Source: the human T2T-CHM13v2.0 reference genome, Homo sapiens
DNA length: 64,000 nucleotides
Strand: one strand, 5' to 3'
Assembly (NCBI RefSeq): GCF_009914755.1
Contig: NC_060927.1
Shown: positions 14,994 through 33,900 of the stretch, piece by piece
How the letters are laid out: each line of letters starts with the position of its first letter
Numbering within the stretch: the first letter of the stretch is position 1
The notes under the pieces: generated by a model
The model's database searches: none
What the model saw: only the letters and a program-made list of their open reading frames with translations
Told to the model about the DNA's origin: nothing
Made by a program: the position numbers and the translations under genes

Positions 14994-15914
14994 TGTTGTT
15001 GCTTTTTAATGATTGGAGTAGATAGTGCCAGAGCAGGTGCCTATGCGGTATAGTCCAGTCTCCTCATTCCTAGTAAGATCATGTGCAAATTTCTCTCAGG
15101 ACTCAGTGCCAGGCAAGTCTACAGTTCTTCCAGTAAGTAAATTGCTTCTCTCAGACATTGTGAATGCCTTTTCTTTTTGTTTAGCTGGTAAGAAGCTTAA
15201 TTCCAAATTTAAGGCTCTACTATGTTGTCCTCAACTTGGTTTTGGCTTCATCTTACTTTCCCATTATCATCTTTCATTAATCCTGATTTCTTTCTTTACT
15301 TTTATGCTTTATGTATCTCTGAAAGCAGCTTGAAATTCTTTCGAGAATGAGGCTACATGTAAATAATCAATACTACTACTAATAATATTTGAGCAGCTTT
15401 ATCCTTTATCATCTCTACATCCCAAATAATTATACTGTTAACAGTTCAATGAAATATTCTGTTGTCTAGGGGGAAGAGCGAGGGCTCTACCAGGGCCCGC
15501 CATGGTAAAAATCTGACTTCAGTGATCTTTATAAAATTTTTACAGGTTAATTTTGCATCTGAGAAAGAGAACATACGCCTATATTGACATTTTTATAGTT
15601 CTTAATATCCACTGTCTCTTTCCAAAGAAATTAATCAATTATAACTGCCACCAACCATGAGTGAGATTGCCTGAATTTGTGTATCTTTGCTGAAACAGGG
15701 ATTTATAGCTTTACTTTCCCCCCTACATTTGTAATACATGCCAGTCATTTCTAAGGTTGTTTTCTCAAATTGGGGACCATAGATTTCTGGGATACTTCAT
15801 AGATCCTGAGAAAGTTCCTGGTTTCATAAAATGATTTTGATGGAAAAGAGGAATTAGGTCACTCTTCTGCAATAAATCTTTTGCTATGAAATTTAAAGAT
15901 GAAGACTGTGATTA

Positions 15915-16209
<295 letters not shown>

Positions 16210-17211
16210 TTAAGAGATGAAAATGGATGCTAAGAAGAAAGATTAATTCATCCTTTCTAGTTAGGAGAGAAGAAGGCTGAGCTGTAACATATAATGAAGC
16301 TTTATGTAAGGCATTTGATACAGGTTTATTGGATAAATAAATGAATTTAATAGTCATCTAATTATGTTACCAAAAATTGAAAAATAGATAAGGCTACGTA
16401 AATCTTATTTTGCCTAGAACACATTAACATCTTTATGTCTGTCTACATTGTTTTCAATGACAAAGTCAAAGTACAATAATATAGGACCATAACAGTTCAA
16501 ACCCTCATGCATTTTAAAAGGAAAATTAATCCATACGATCTAAGTTTATTTGCACTTAAATCATTGCAATGTTGAATAGTAAAGATGACCTGATATCTAA
16601 AGAAGCTTCTGGGTTTTTAAAAACAACAACTTCTATCAGTTTTTGCCAAAAATAAAATGCATTTGAGAATCAGAAGGTTTTATAAAGTGTAGCCCAGCCT
16701 TTTGAGCAGGTTTTACACTTGGTGTTGTAAACCCTGCCATTGTATCAAGACATATCTCTGAAAATGGAAAAAGACAACAAAAACAAAAAACCCAGAGCCT
16801 ACTGAAAATGTGGATAGTACAAAGCTAGTGAAACAGTCAGCTTCTGAAGCCAATATTTTCATCATGTCATCACTTATTAATAAAAACAAATGTTCGCATT
16901 CTTCTCTACTTTCCCACAAAATATTCTGTTTGTGAAAAGGTTGATTCAGTTCAGTTAAATATAAACAGTTAACTATGAATATGTCTCTGCTGCCAAAGGA
17001 AAGTTATCCCTGGTAGGGGAGACAAACAAGGGTCAAAACATTATGAGTAAGGATAGTATGTGGTTAAGTGTTACAAGAAAGCTTCAAAGTACTGTGGGAC
17101 ACAAACCCGGAAAAGATTAATTTGGCAGAGATCAGACTGGGGAAAACTCGATGGAAGGGGTAAAGCATTAGATATTATAAATTTTAACACTTCAGCTGAA
17201 ATAACTAAATA

Positions 17212-17556
17212 TAGCTATGTGTTGCTTAACGATGGGAAAAGGTTCTGAGAAATGCATTGTTAGGCAATTTCATCATTGTGCGAGCATCATAGTGTACTTA
17301 TACATTCTTAGACAGTGTAGCCCGCTCCACACCAAGGCTCTGTGGTGTAGTCCATTGCTCCTAGGCTACAAACCTGTACAGCATGTGACTGTACTGAATA
17401 CTGTAGGCAGTTGTAACACAATGGTAGGTATTTGTGTATCTAAACATTCTATCTATAGAAAAGTTACAGTAAAAATACGGTCTTATAATCTTATGGGACC
17501 ACCATCATATATGTGGTCCATCATTGTCTGAAACATTGTTAGGTGGTGCAGGACTG
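17212..17556 (-). mobile_element. Tigger3a (MER7-type) non-autonomous DNA transposon
   Basis: Degenerate terminal inverted repeats, TA target duplications at 17210 and 17557, ~345 bp, diagnostic gctcctaggctacaaacctgtacagcatgt. Confidence 0.9.
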
Positions 17557-18337
17557 TACATGATTTTACTATTTGCCAGGTGAAGAAGGAACATGGAATT
17601 AGACAGACTGTATAAAGTTTGGGCTTCTCCTGCTGGAATAGATCATGGAATAGAGATATGTGCCTCAGACAGGTAATAAGAGTAATAGATTCAGGACAAG
17701 TAAAATGGGAAGAAAGAGGAGATAAGATATTAGTCCAGGCAGCTTTCTTTTACTTTCTGATTTTACTTCTTTCATAAAGAAGAACACCTCTGAACTTTTG
17801 CTCCAGCCCTTTTACCACCACCAGTAATGATTCCTCCACTGCCTACCTAGAGTCCATCTCCAAACCAGTTCTTCAAGGCTAAGTTCAAAAATCATCAATT
17901 CTGTGAAAGCTTTCTTTATCCTTCAGGTGGAATTTTTGACTCCCTCCTTTGGGTTTTAACAGCACTTAGATTTTATTCTTTTTTAAAATGTATTTTGTAT
18001 TTCAATAGGTTTTTCTGGGAGCAGGTGGTGGTTGGTTACATGAATAAGTTCTTTAGTGGTGATTTCTCAGATTTCGGTGCACCCATCACCTGAGCAGTGT
18101 ACCCTGTACCCAATGTGTAATCTTTATCCCTCGCCCCCTCCCACCATTTCCCCTGAATCCCCAAAGTCCGATGTATCATTTTTATGCCTTTGCATCTTTA
18201 TAGCTTAGCTCTCATTTATGAGCGAGAACATACGATGTTTGGTTCTCCATTCCAGAGTTAATTCACTTAGGATAATAATCCAGGTTGCTGTGAATGCCCT
18301 TATTTTGTTCCTTTTTATGGCTGAATAGTATTCCATG

Positions 18338-18338
18338 G

Positions 18339-18394
<56 letters not shown>

Positions 18395-18408
18395 CGTATA
18401 TGTATATG
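18338..18408. repeat. (TATATG)n microsatellite inside the L1PB1
   Basis: About 11 nearly perfect hexamer units. Confidence 0.95.
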
Positions 18409-18709
18409 ACATTTTCTTTATCCACTCATTGATTGATGGGCGTTTGGGCTGGTTCTATGTCTTTGCAATTGTAAATTGTGCTGCTATAAACATGCATATG
18501 CAAATATCTTTTTCATTTCATGACTTCTTTTCCTCTGGGTAGATACGCAGTAGTGGGATTGCTGGATCAAATGGCAGATGTACTTTTAGCTCTCTAAGGA
18601 ATCTCTGTACTGTTTTCCATAGAGGCTGTAGTAGTTTACATTCCTACCAACAGTGTAAAAGTGTTGCCTTTCCACCACATCCATATGAACATCTATTATT
18701 TTTTGATTT

Positions 18710-22236
<3,527 letters not shown>

Positions 22237-25200
22237 CGTTTAGTACTGGGATGTGAGGTACTATTCTATTTATCGTGTTATTTGTTGCCTGAATACCTTG
22301 TTGCTTTTTCATTGTGTTATTGTTATATAGGTCCTATAAAATTTATGCTTTAAGGAGGTTCTATTTTGGTGTATTTGAGGATCTGTTTCAAGATTTAGAG
22401 CTCCTTTTAGCAGTTCTTGTAGGGCTGGCTTGGTAGTAGCAAATTCTCTCAGCATTTGTTTTTCTGGAAAAGACTGTGTCTTTCCTTCATTTATGAAACT
22501 TAGTTTTGCTGGATACAAAATCCTTGGCTGAAAATTATTTCGTTTAAGCGGGCTAAAAATAGGACCCCAATTCCTTCTAGTTTGTAGGGTTTCTGCTGAG
22601 AAATCTGCTATTAATCTGATAGGTTTTCCTTTACAGGTTACCTGATGCTTTCATCCTACAACTTGATACTTTCCTTCAGCTTGACTTTAGATAACCTGAT
22701 GACTACGTGCCTGGGTGATGATCTTTTTGCAATAAATTTCCCAGGTGTTCTTTGGGCTTCTTGTATTTGGATGTCTAGATTTCTAGCAAGGCCGGGGAAG
22801 TTTTCCTTGATTATTCCCTCAAATATGTTTTCCAAATTTTTGGATTTCTCTTCTTCTTTGGCAACATCAATTATTCTTAGGTTTGGTCATTTAACATAAT
22901 CCCAAACTTCTTGGAGGCTTTGCTCATTTTTTGAAAGTCTTTTTAATTTGTCTTTGACAGACTGGGTTAATTTGAGAGCCTTGTCTTCAAGCTTTGAAGT
23001 TCTTTTTTCTGGTTTTTTGATTCCATTGCTGAGACTTTCCAGTGCATTTTGCATTTCTCTAAGTGTGTCCTTGATTTCCAGAAGTTGTGGGGTTTTTTAA
23101 TTTATACTATCTATTTCACTGAAGACTTTTTCTTTCACATCCTGTATCATGTTTTTGATTTCTTTAAGTTGGACTTCACCTTTCTCTGGTGCCTCCTTGA
23201 TTAGCTTAATAATCGACCTTTTGAATTCTTTTTCTGGCAATTCAGAGGTTTCATCTTGGTTTGGATCCTTTGTTGGTAAGCTGGTGTGATTTTTGGGGGT
23301 GTTAAAGAAACTTGTTTTGTCATATTACCTGAATTGTTTTTCTGGTTCCTTCTCATTTGGGTAGACTATGTCAGAGGGAAGATCTGGGACTCAAGGGCTG
23401 CTGTTCAGATTCTTTTGTCCCACGGAATGGGGCTTCTTGAGAGCCGAACTGCAGCAATTGTTTCACTTTTCTGGGTCTGGCCACCCAGCAGAGCTACCAG
23501 TCTCTGAGCTGGTACTGGGGAGTGTCTGCAGAGTCCTGTGATGTGATCTGTCTTCAGCTCTGTCAGCCGTGGATACCAGCACCTGCTCCACTGGAGGTAG
23601 CAGAGGAGTGAAGTGGACTCTGGGAGGGTCCTTTGTTGTACTATTGTTTAGTGTGCTAGTTTTGTGTTGGTTTGGCCTCCAGCCAGGAGGTGGTGCTATC
23701 AAGAGTGCATCAGCTGCAGCTGTATAGGGAGGATGCAAACTTGCTCTAGGGACACCTGGTTAAGTATTTGTGTTTCTCAGGTGGTGGGCAGGGCCATAGA
23801 GCTCCCAAGAGATTATGTCCTTTGTCTTCAGCTATGAGGGCCTGTAGAGAAAGACCACCAGGTGGGGCAGGGATAGGCATGTCTGAGCTCAGCCTCTTTT
23901 TGGGTGGGTCTTCCTGTTGCTGCTGTGGAGGATGGGGGTGTGGTTCTCAGGCCGAAGAAGTTATGTTCCCTGTGGGATTATGGCTGCCTCTGCTGAGTCA
24001 TACAGGTCACTAGGGAAGTGGGGGAAAGCCAGCAGTCACAGGCCTCACCCCGCTTCCATGCAGTCGGTAGTCCTAAAGGCTGGTCTCATTCCCACTGTGC
24101 CGCGACAACAGCACCGAGTCTATTTCCAGGCAGCCAGTGACCAGGGCTGAGAACTTGCCCCAGACCATGAGCTTCCCAGCTGAGAAAGCAAGCAGACTTA
24201 CAGTTTTTCAGCATCTCAGGGAGCCTGCAGCAGTGATCCAGTTCCTTCAGAGGGTCTGTGGATTCTCTTGGCTTTCCTGGTATGTTTCTGTGGTAGTTCA
24301 CGATGTGGGTCTCCACACACTGCTCTGTTGTCCGAGAGGGAGCTGCAAGCTAGTCCTGCCTCCTATCCACCATCTTAATCCTCTGATTTTTTTTCTAGAA
24401 CTGTAGATTTTAAGTGAACAAGATTGTAAGCATCCACATCTTAGAATTATTGAGAGAGGATTTAAAAAAATTAACATGTAATTTCTTCAAATATGGCATT
24501 AGAACTACTGAGGACTCGCTCTGCTAGAATTCCTAGCATGTAATGGTGGGCATCCTGTGGCCTGCCACAATTGCGTGGTGTTGGGAGTGCAAAGCCAGAG
24601 AGAAGGAGAGGGTAGGGTGGAGCCTCAGCAAGGACTTGGCAGTCTCCTTGGTGATGCTGGAGTTAGTAGTGCTCTTGGTTGTTCTCAATCATAGTGTTCC
24701 TTTGGAATTATGATAGCTAAACTCATCAATGCAGAGCAGGTTAGCTCCTGGATATGCCATTAGAATCATCTTCTACAATATTTTGGTTTATCTTTTATTC
24801 TGTCTTAACACTTACCACATTGTTTAAAGTGAGGTCTGAAATAGTTGCATCTTCTATGCATTTAACTCAAGCAATTTGACCTATAAACCAATGGCAATGG
24901 GGCAGGGGCTAGAAAGAAGTCAAGAAGACAGGGTTAGATTAAAAGATCAAGAAGGAGGGAGAGTGAGAACAGAGGCAACACTTGATGTAAAAAACATTTC
25001 TGTTGAAAAAGCAGTGGGTTTAAGTTGGGAGATATTGAACCAAATTGCCTATTTGCGCTTTGTACCCTGTGCACTCTGAGCGTGCAATTTGCTATCTTTG
25101 AATCCATCTACAGGGAACAGATAATCCCTTTTCGATAAGTATCTTAAAAATGTGGGGCCGCATATGTTGCTTGTTTTGACCATACGTTCTGCTCCTCTCA

Positions 25201-26352
25201 TTTGATTAATAAGAATCATGAGCAGCTCTAGAAAGAAGAGGGGTCTACAACTTTCCTTCTGGGCTGAGTGGGCAGGTGAACGACAGGGCAGGAGGGCCCA
25301 TTGGAAAGGACTCTGAACCCTCCACTTCTTGGGGCCATACTGGGTCTCAGCTGAAATCAAGCTGTTTGTCTGGGGCATGGAAAAGGTTAATGAAACTTCT
25401 CCTCGTCATCTCTCCCTCTCTCACTGTGAGGTGACTGTTGCAGTGGGTGCAGACTCAGCCTGGGAGAGCTTATGTGCTCCTGCTTAATTGTTTGGGAGCT
25501 AAACAACAGACATGGAACAGTGAGAGGCAAACTGTTTCCTGGGTATATGTTCAGAGGGGCACTGCTTAAAGCACTTCAAGCCCTCCCCCAACCCCCTACC
25601 ATTGTTTTTGAAATGAGGTGAAGTAATTATATGAATAAATGGAATCCCAGAAAATCACAAGAGAAGAAAACTCCTTCTCCCCATTCAGATTATTTTCAGA
25701 CAGCTCATTTACTAAACGCCAGGCAACCATTCCCTTTCAGCGTTCTTTCTCCATTGCCAGCTCAGCTCCTGGCTGCTGCTGTGCTGGGTGCTGGGTCCCA
25801 GGCTCCACCACAGGGATGGTTCTGGCTCAGCAGTTTGCATAGCCCAGCCCCCTCCACAACCTCCCATGCCCACGGCACTGCCACCAAGCACACCACCTGA
25901 GAGCAGTAGTGAAGCAGTGGGCACTGTCACAGGGACCAGAAAACTGTTAGAGGAGAACATCCACCGCGGATTTCTCTAGAGCTGCAGCTGTGGGAGGCAC
26001 TTTGGCCTAGCAGCATCTGTCAGAGATATTTTCAGAAACCAACTTAATACAAAAGACACACACTGCAATATTAATGGTAGTCTCTGTACATCCGATGTTT
26101 GAGAGCCGTCCTTTGTGCCATGATGTACCTTGATGGCAGCTGCTCGAGTTGTCAGATCCTGTAAAAGCCACAAAAATAACAGCACAATACTTATTGGCTG
26201 AATGGTTTTGAAACAGGAAATGTTTCTAGCATGAAAGAAGATGAAATTTATGCTAACAACCAAAATAATCTCAAATCTGGGTTATTAAAACCAATATTGT
26301 ATTTTTAAGAAGCTGCACAAACTTAGCTAACAGACTTTAAGAAAACCAAGTA

Positions 26353-26762
<410 letters not shown>

Positions 26763-28352
26763 TCATTCCTCTCTACTTTTTATTTGGTGGTTGAGGGATT
26801 AAATCTTTTTTATAAATGGGGGAAAAAACAAAAGTCTCAAAGTGGTGTGGAAAATTCCGTTTTCAGGTGCCAGGTCATGTATACATCACTGATTATTTTC
26901 ATTGGAAAGCATAATAAATCTCCACAGGACACAAAGCAAAAACTTTGGGTTATTTCAGGTATTAGTTACATTTTCAAAAAGTTTTTCTAATGCAGTCTTT
27001 TATTTCTCTTATTGGTTTACACATATTTGTCATGAACTACCACCCAAAGAACAGTTTTATAGCCATACTCAGCACCAGGTTTCATTACATCGATTGTGCA
27101 GATCAAGAAACCCGTAGTAATAAGGACATGGCAACACAGATAAGCAGCTCCAAATCCTTACACATTGGCCAAGCAGTAAGGGGCATTCTGATTTGCTTTC
27201 AAATGTCTATTCAATTTGTTCAAATGGGCAAGAATTCCCTCACAACTCAGAAGACATTTCTATGAAATATTTTCATGCCTTTGGATAATTTTTCAGCAGT
27301 AAAAATGGAGGAGAGAAGAGGCTGAAAGGAAAAAAATATATCTCTAATTTTCTTCTGCCCTAGATATAAATATTTTCTTATATATGTTATTTTCTAAGAT
27401 GACAGAAATAAGGATGCACCAGTCTTCCCAGGTCTGCTCTACTTGATAACGGCATCAAACAATCAAACAAACAAAACAAAACCAAACAAAAAAAGAAAAA
27501 AAGAAAGGAAGGAGAGGAAAGACCCACTGTGAAAAATATGAGCCTGCCACGTTCAGACCTTAAAACTGAGCAGGAGGACAGGGTACAGTGGAGAATAACA
27601 CTAAGTTATTTAGTGCTAAGAATGTCAAGGTATAATTTTCAAAAAGTTAAAACAGGGCTCTCAAAACAAATATAGAATGAGCATGTGTCAAAGATATTAT
27701 TCAACTCATTAATTAATGAGAGAAAATCATTAAGCTGGTTCAAAGAGCATTTGAGGAGCTGAGTATTTATAGGCAGTTTAATAAAGGAATGTTAAATTAG
27801 ATTGCTAGGTTACAAACAAACTAGTAAATCTCCGGTAGGATAATAAATCATAGAATTTGGGGTTATTTTTTTCTCTTAGAAAATATTGCTTCTGTAAAAT
27901 AACGTGGAACTTCACAGAGCGTGAACCCTTAATTTGTATTTTAAATAGCAAAGGCAAGTCATGGTAGATTATTTTAGAAAATAAGTAATCCCCAAATGAG
28001 CCTCTTAAACACTGTCTGAGTGTGACATTGAAATAACATGCAGTTATTTTTTGTCCTTGTTTATAAGTTATGGATAATTTTTCTTAACAAGTGATATAAG
28101 GAATCCTGAGTTGATCATCTAATAATCTGTTACTTTTTTTTTGGACAGCATGATGCTTGATAGTAATGAAATTTCAATCAAGTTTCTATCAAACTTTTGT
28201 CACTTCCTTGATTTTTTTTCAACATTGGTAGTTGGCACTCATGTACTTTGCAACTTATAAGTTAGGCTCAGTGATTGTTTCAGTTCCTAGCAGCCTGGCT
28301 TGCTCAGCAGGAAGCGTGTAGTGACAGTGAGAACCTATTCCACCTTCATATG

Positions 28353-28737
28353 CAAGGATGCTAGGATATTGTGAGGTTAGCTACACCAAGCCCCGCAAAC
28401 ACACACACACACATGTACACACACACACAATGGGAGTGATGGATCCAGACAAGGATGCTAGGATATTGTGAGGTTAGCTACACCAAGCCCCGCAAACACA
28501 CACACACACGTACACACACACACAATGGGAATGATGGATCCAGACAAGGATGCTAGGATATTGTGAGGTTAGCTACACCAAGCCCCGCAAACACACACAC
28601 ACACGTACACACACACACAATGGGAATGATGGATCCAGACAAGGATGCTAGGATATTGTGAGGTTAGCTACACCAAGCCCCACAAACACACACACACACG
28701 TACACACACACACAATGGGAATGATGGATCCAGACAA
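28353..28737. repeat. Minisatellite/VNTR: 4 tandem units (97, 95, 95, 95 bp), each with an internal CA tract
   Basis: Units start at 28353, 28450, 28545 and 28640; only about 3 substitutions plus one extra CA across units. Confidence 0.98.
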
Positions 28738-29339
28738 TGTTATGAGGAAAGGAAAAGTGCAAATCTTCCTAGACTAAGATAACCTTCATTTGAGTTTCCT
28801 GATTAGCTAAGCAATAGAACCAAAGACTTTGCGTTGTACGGGACCTTAGAGGTCACCTATTCCCACTTCCTTGTCAAAGCAGGAGTTTCCAGAAAAGTCT
28901 TTTTCTGTCATCTTTGTAAAATGTAAATCTGATCATGTCACTCTCTTGTTTTAATATCAGTCAATGATTCCCCATTGTCCTCAGGATAAAGTCCATATTC
29001 CCTAACATGACTTACAAGGTCTGGCCCCTCTTATCTCTCTCTACTCTCAGATTTCTTCACTCTCTCCCATTGCACTTTTCCTGTTAACATATGGATTTAT
29101 TCTAGTTTTCCAAAAGTGTTATTTTCTGGTTAACCTCGGTGTATAGGCTGTGTCTTCTCTCTGGACAGTTCATAGTTCCCAAGGCTGGTCTGAAGAAGAG
29201 CCTGGGAATTCCACCCAACAGTCCTTGTTTTCTTCTTAGAGTAATAGTCAATGCCTTTTATCCTTGAGCTAAAACTATATATGAAAGAATAGCATAGAGT
29301 TGGTAGATCAGGAGATTTAAGGAATGACAGAAGTATAGC

Positions 29340-30065
29340 ACATTGCAACTTTGGCTGGAATCTGACAAAGTCACTCATGGTGTCTTTTTGAGAACAGTAA
29401 GAAGGGATGCAGGTTGGTACTTCCCAGTACTGTGAGTGAAATTCATAACTGGTTGAAAACAGAACCCAAAGGAGGCATGAGTATGAGGTCAACTGCATAC
29501 TTGAGAGTGGTCTCTGTCTTAACCGACCACATGTCACTATTTTCAACAGTGTTTCAGAGGTGGATATTAATGGCATGCTGATGAAATTTTCAAATGGACT
29601 CAAGTTGGGAGAAGTGAATATTTAGATGAAGATTAGCTGACAAAGTGCTCTTGACAAATTGAAATAATGAGTTATATCTAACCAGACAAATTTTAAGTGG
29701 ATAATCATAATGAAACAGCACAATGATAGGTTGGGGTAGGAGTGGGGAAGAAGATTTGGATCAAATAGTTGGTGAGTCTAGTTGGGAGTAAGTTCCACTT
29801 GAGTGCCCAGGGCAACATGACTTGCAAAAAAGGTTAGGTTCCTTGGCCGAGTTAATAAAAGCTATTATTTATATCAAAGAGGGTTTTAAGTGTCTTTCTT
29901 GTCTGGCTTGCCCAACTTGATGGGAGCCTGCATGTGGATTTCCGGTATTGTATCTCAGCATGCTGGCCGACTGCAGTGTTGGAGAGACACACACAGCCTG
30001 GAGAGGGACAGGAAGCTCTGTGGTGGAAGGTTGGTTGAAGACATCTGCATTGTTTAGCTTGGAAA
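29340..30065 (+). mobile_element. Highly decayed CR1/L3 LINE fragment
   Basis: ggcatgctgatgaaattttcaaatggactcaagttggg...tcttgacaaattgaaa...taaccagacaaatttaa resembles the CR1 RT region. Confidence 0.55.
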
Positions 30066-31832
30066 CTATTACTTAGCTTATAACATTAATTGCTAAGGAT
30101 TATTTATTTGTAACAAAAATTTACAATGAGAAAAACCCTCCAATACACTTCAACTGAACTAATTAATCAGTGTGGTTTATGAAATGTTTGAATTGGTCAC
30201 CCATTACTATCTTTGTATTAAAGTTTACCATGATCTTTTCAAAGAAGTGTTGAGAAAGAAGATAATTTGGATTTATGGTGTGTCTCTTAGAATTTGGTCT
30301 CCTGCAATTCTCTGTCAATAAATTTGCTTGGGGAGTATCTGTTCTTCTGTGCCAATAAAAAAGGTATGAGTTTTATAAATAATAATAGTCCACAGGCTTG
30401 AATGTGCAAAGCTGAAACTTTCTATCTCTATAAATGAATTTAACGCTCTCTAGTTCCTATTTCTGCTTTTAATGGAAAACTTAATGTTATCACTTTGACA
30501 ACATTCACTTCTAGTTTAAATCGAAACTAAAATCTAAATTTGGTCTAAAATTCAGTCTAATCAGAATTTTCTTTGCTTCTTCTGCTTCCCCGGAGTTCCT
30601 GGCAGGTTGGTGTGGCATAAGGAAAGAAAATCTGATTTTCCTGTTTGTCTCTGATCTCTGTGGTTCTCACAGAGGGTGTGTGGGGGGGGTCTCCTTCCAT
30701 TTGGTCTTTGGTCTTCCCTCCATGGAAGGTTTATGCACCCTGTATCCTCTGACCTGGAACTGTGAGTGGTAACCCCTTTTCTCAACCACTTCTGTGACTT
30801 TTTTTGTATGCGCATTGGGATTGTGTGCCTTCTTAGGTACTCTTGGCTCTTTTCCACTTACCACCCTGCAGAAATCACAGCTTTGGGAACTGCACCTATA
30901 TTCCTCCTTCGGCCCTTTGACCTACAGCTTGGCATCGTGTCAAACTCAGGGCTTTGCTGTGAGCTGCGCAGTATCTGAACCGCATTGTGGAAAGCCAGGA
31001 AATGGGCTCTTTTTCTCTGAAATCCCCAGTTCTCACCTGTGACTTCTGGTGTGGATGCTACCAAGGTCCTATGAGAGATGGCATTGTCAGTGTGCCAAGC
31101 CACTTCTCAGGTCCTCACAGCATGCAAGCTCTTACAATTATTATTTCTTCTCCAAGTGGTAGGAAAGCTGCTCTTTGCACAGCTAGTTTCCTCTGAAATG
31201 TTTCCCACTCCATGAATGCTTTGTTCTGAATTTTCCAGAATTTATCTTTTGTAATTCAAAGCCAAATCTTCAGAATCTCCAATAGTTTTGTTTTTTCTTG
31301 TTCTCAAGTGCCTGCCTCTGCTAATGTCATGAATCAGTTGTGGAAATGCAAAGCCCAAAGTGTACTCTATTTTCCCCACCATCAGCCTCATGTACCCCTC
31401 TATAGACTGCAGAGAAAAAAAAATGGCTAAGAAGGAAAAATACAAATGTTTCCATTATATTGGGCAGGAGAGGAGGTGGTAAGGTTAACATTGGAATTGG
31501 AGTGGGAGTGGGAGGCCGTTAGGTGGGAGGGGTGAAAACTATTGTTGGGCTTGTGGAGCTTGGAAAATCTCCTTCTGTGGTTCTGATATAATTCTTGCCT
31601 CTCCCTAGAACCTCACTTTGTGAGGTTCAGTGTTTACCAGTGTCTTTCATTGTGTGACACATTCTTCAATAAGCCATCGTGTATTGAGAAGCGGGCTGTG
31701 GGTCATTGTTCACTGCACTTCAGGGCACTCATCCTTTCCTCTGTCCCTAAGGAACACAAGAACCACACCTGTCTTTTCAGCATCCTGTCTTGCAAGCCCA
31801 GTCACACGGTGGGTGCTCTGGAAATATTTATT

Positions 31833-31881
31833 GTATGAATGATTGAAGACGGTATGAATGACTGAAGACGGTATGAATGAC
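31833..31881. repeat. 19-bp tandem repeat (2.6 copies) at an L2 tail
   Basis: gtatgaatga(t/c)tgaagacg repeated. Confidence 0.85.
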
Positions 31882-33549
31882 AGCCAGGTTTAGTTTTGGG
31901 AAAAAATTATATTCAAGACAATTGAGGAGGTGATGCTATTCTGGATTAGGAAAAGGAGAGGGGAAAAAGGGAAAATAGCTTCTATATTCCAAGAGACTCA
32001 TATTTTGAAACCCAAGATGGCACAGAGAGTATTGAGTTGTGTTTATTAGGGGCTGAGCAGTTTCTAGTGTCTGATAGCCAGAACATTGCATCTGCCTTCC
32101 CCTCTTATCCCCTCTGCAATAAGACATGAAGTCTTGGTTAATCTATAGGTCCTTGAGCAGAAGTGTCCTGGGTTATCCAGTCCTCAGCATCAGCAGTGTT
32201 CATCTATTGATCAATTGGAGCCTCAGTCAGGATCTTTGAACAGCTTTCCTTGGGCCAAGGGCCAGCTTCCCCAAGTGAGTGTTCTGCATAGAGGCCTGCA
32301 CACCCCAGCCAGGTCATACCACCTAAAGTCACTCCACGGAGGTAGACACAGAAGGAGGAAACAATTCCAAACCAGGAATTTGTTTCCCCAAAATGTTTCT
32401 ATCATTGATTTTCGCATTTATTTTCTACTCTTAAAACCATTAATAACCATGAAGCTGAAATAGATGCCTGGTTAGTTTCAAATCAGTTCTGTGACATTAT
32501 TGACTTCATTCTATATCAGAGGAATAAGGAGAATTTTTGGGGAAATTATTTTAAATTCTGTCCTACTCTGTCTTACCTTATCTTTGTACTTCTTGATTTT
32601 TGAAAGCAGTGTGGTAGTGAATCATTAGCTATACTATCCTCACAAGCCCATGTCAGATTTTTTAGTATTCCTTACAGGAACACATTCTATCTAATAAATT
32701 TTTCAGTCAGGAAATCATAGGAGAGAAGCCACTGGTCGTTGCCAGATTGGGAAAAAATGGAAATTCAGCTTCATTTAAAAATATTCTCTCTACTTGACAT
32801 ATTTAAATATGTTATTCTTTATTATGTTTTGATTACATAAGCAAAGATATTTTGCAATCTGCCATTTTTATTTACAGCAAAGTCATAGAAATGAATCTTT
32901 CTCTTTTAGTTTATGGTTGTGTGGGAAAATGTGTTACTCTTTAAGATCATTGAAGCTTAAAATATAAGCTTGAAGTTTTACATATTGATAAGTTGAAATA
33001 TTTTGGCAAAAAAATTGTATTAAGCAACCAAAAATTTGAGAAAGTACGGCTAAAATATCTTTCCTCATTGTAATAAAATAGAGATGTGAAGTTAGTAACA
33101 TTAGTATAATATGGAGTTTAATTCAATAGAAATCACGCACTCAAACCTTTTCAACAACCATTTATTGAATATTGACAACGAGCAAGGCCAAAGTCAGTAG
33201 AGAATTAAATAATGAACCAAATCCATATTCTGTCCTCAATGAATGTATAAGATAAAGTATAATCAAAAGCAAGGTGGGGAGTGGTGAATACCATAAGGAA
33301 TTTGGAAAAGGCATGTACTGCTCTTAGCAAGAGACTAAGGAAGAATCTGGGAGGAGTCAGTAGCTTTTGAGTTATTTCTGGAAGGATGATATATGAAGGG
33401 AAATCCTTGTAGTAGAAGAGCAGTATGTGAAGTATACATAATTTGAAGACTGCTTGTACTTCACTTTTATTTGGGATAAAACACATTTTGAGACTTGGCC
33501 TAGGGACTTAACCAAAGATAAATCCATTCTAGCCACAAAATCCCCTTGG

Positions 33550-33900
33550 ACATTTTCTCCCTTTCTGGCCCTAGGATATTTATGTTTGCTGCTCCCTCTA
33601 CCTGGAGTGCTTTCTCCCTGAATACCTGTTGGTTTTCTCCCTCAGCTCTTTCAGGATATATAACATTCAAAATTTCAGCTGTGATTTCTGTCTCTCTTTC
33701 CTGCTTTGTATCCACCATACGTATTACTGTCTAATATACTACATATGATGCTTATTTATTTTATTTGTCTGTTGTCCCTCACTAGAATGTATGCTTCAGG
33801 AAGGCAAGGATATTTAATGTTTTGTATCCCCAAATCTTATAATAGTGCATGGTGCACAGTATGCATTCGATATATTAATGTATTTGTGGAATGGTTGAGT
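33550..33900 (+). mobile_element. L2 3' end relic
   Basis: tttgctgctccctctacctggagtgc...actagaatgtatgctt...catggtgcacagta...atttgtggaatg. Confidence 0.7.

Noticed and set aside
25631-25979. Pro/Ser-rich ORFs in a GC-richer patch
   Set aside because: No recognisable protein or convincing splice pair; several overlapping open frames are expected from the composition.
27630-27960. Possible ERV LTR remnant
   Set aside because: Looks LTR-like, but I could not assign a family or termini.
28353-28737. CRISPR-like array
   Set aside because: Whole units repeat with no unique spacers, there are no cas genes, and the DNA is primate; it is a VNTR.
29130-29603. 157-aa minus-strand ORF
   Set aside because: Overlaps a decayed CR1/L3 relic on the opposite strand; no known motif.
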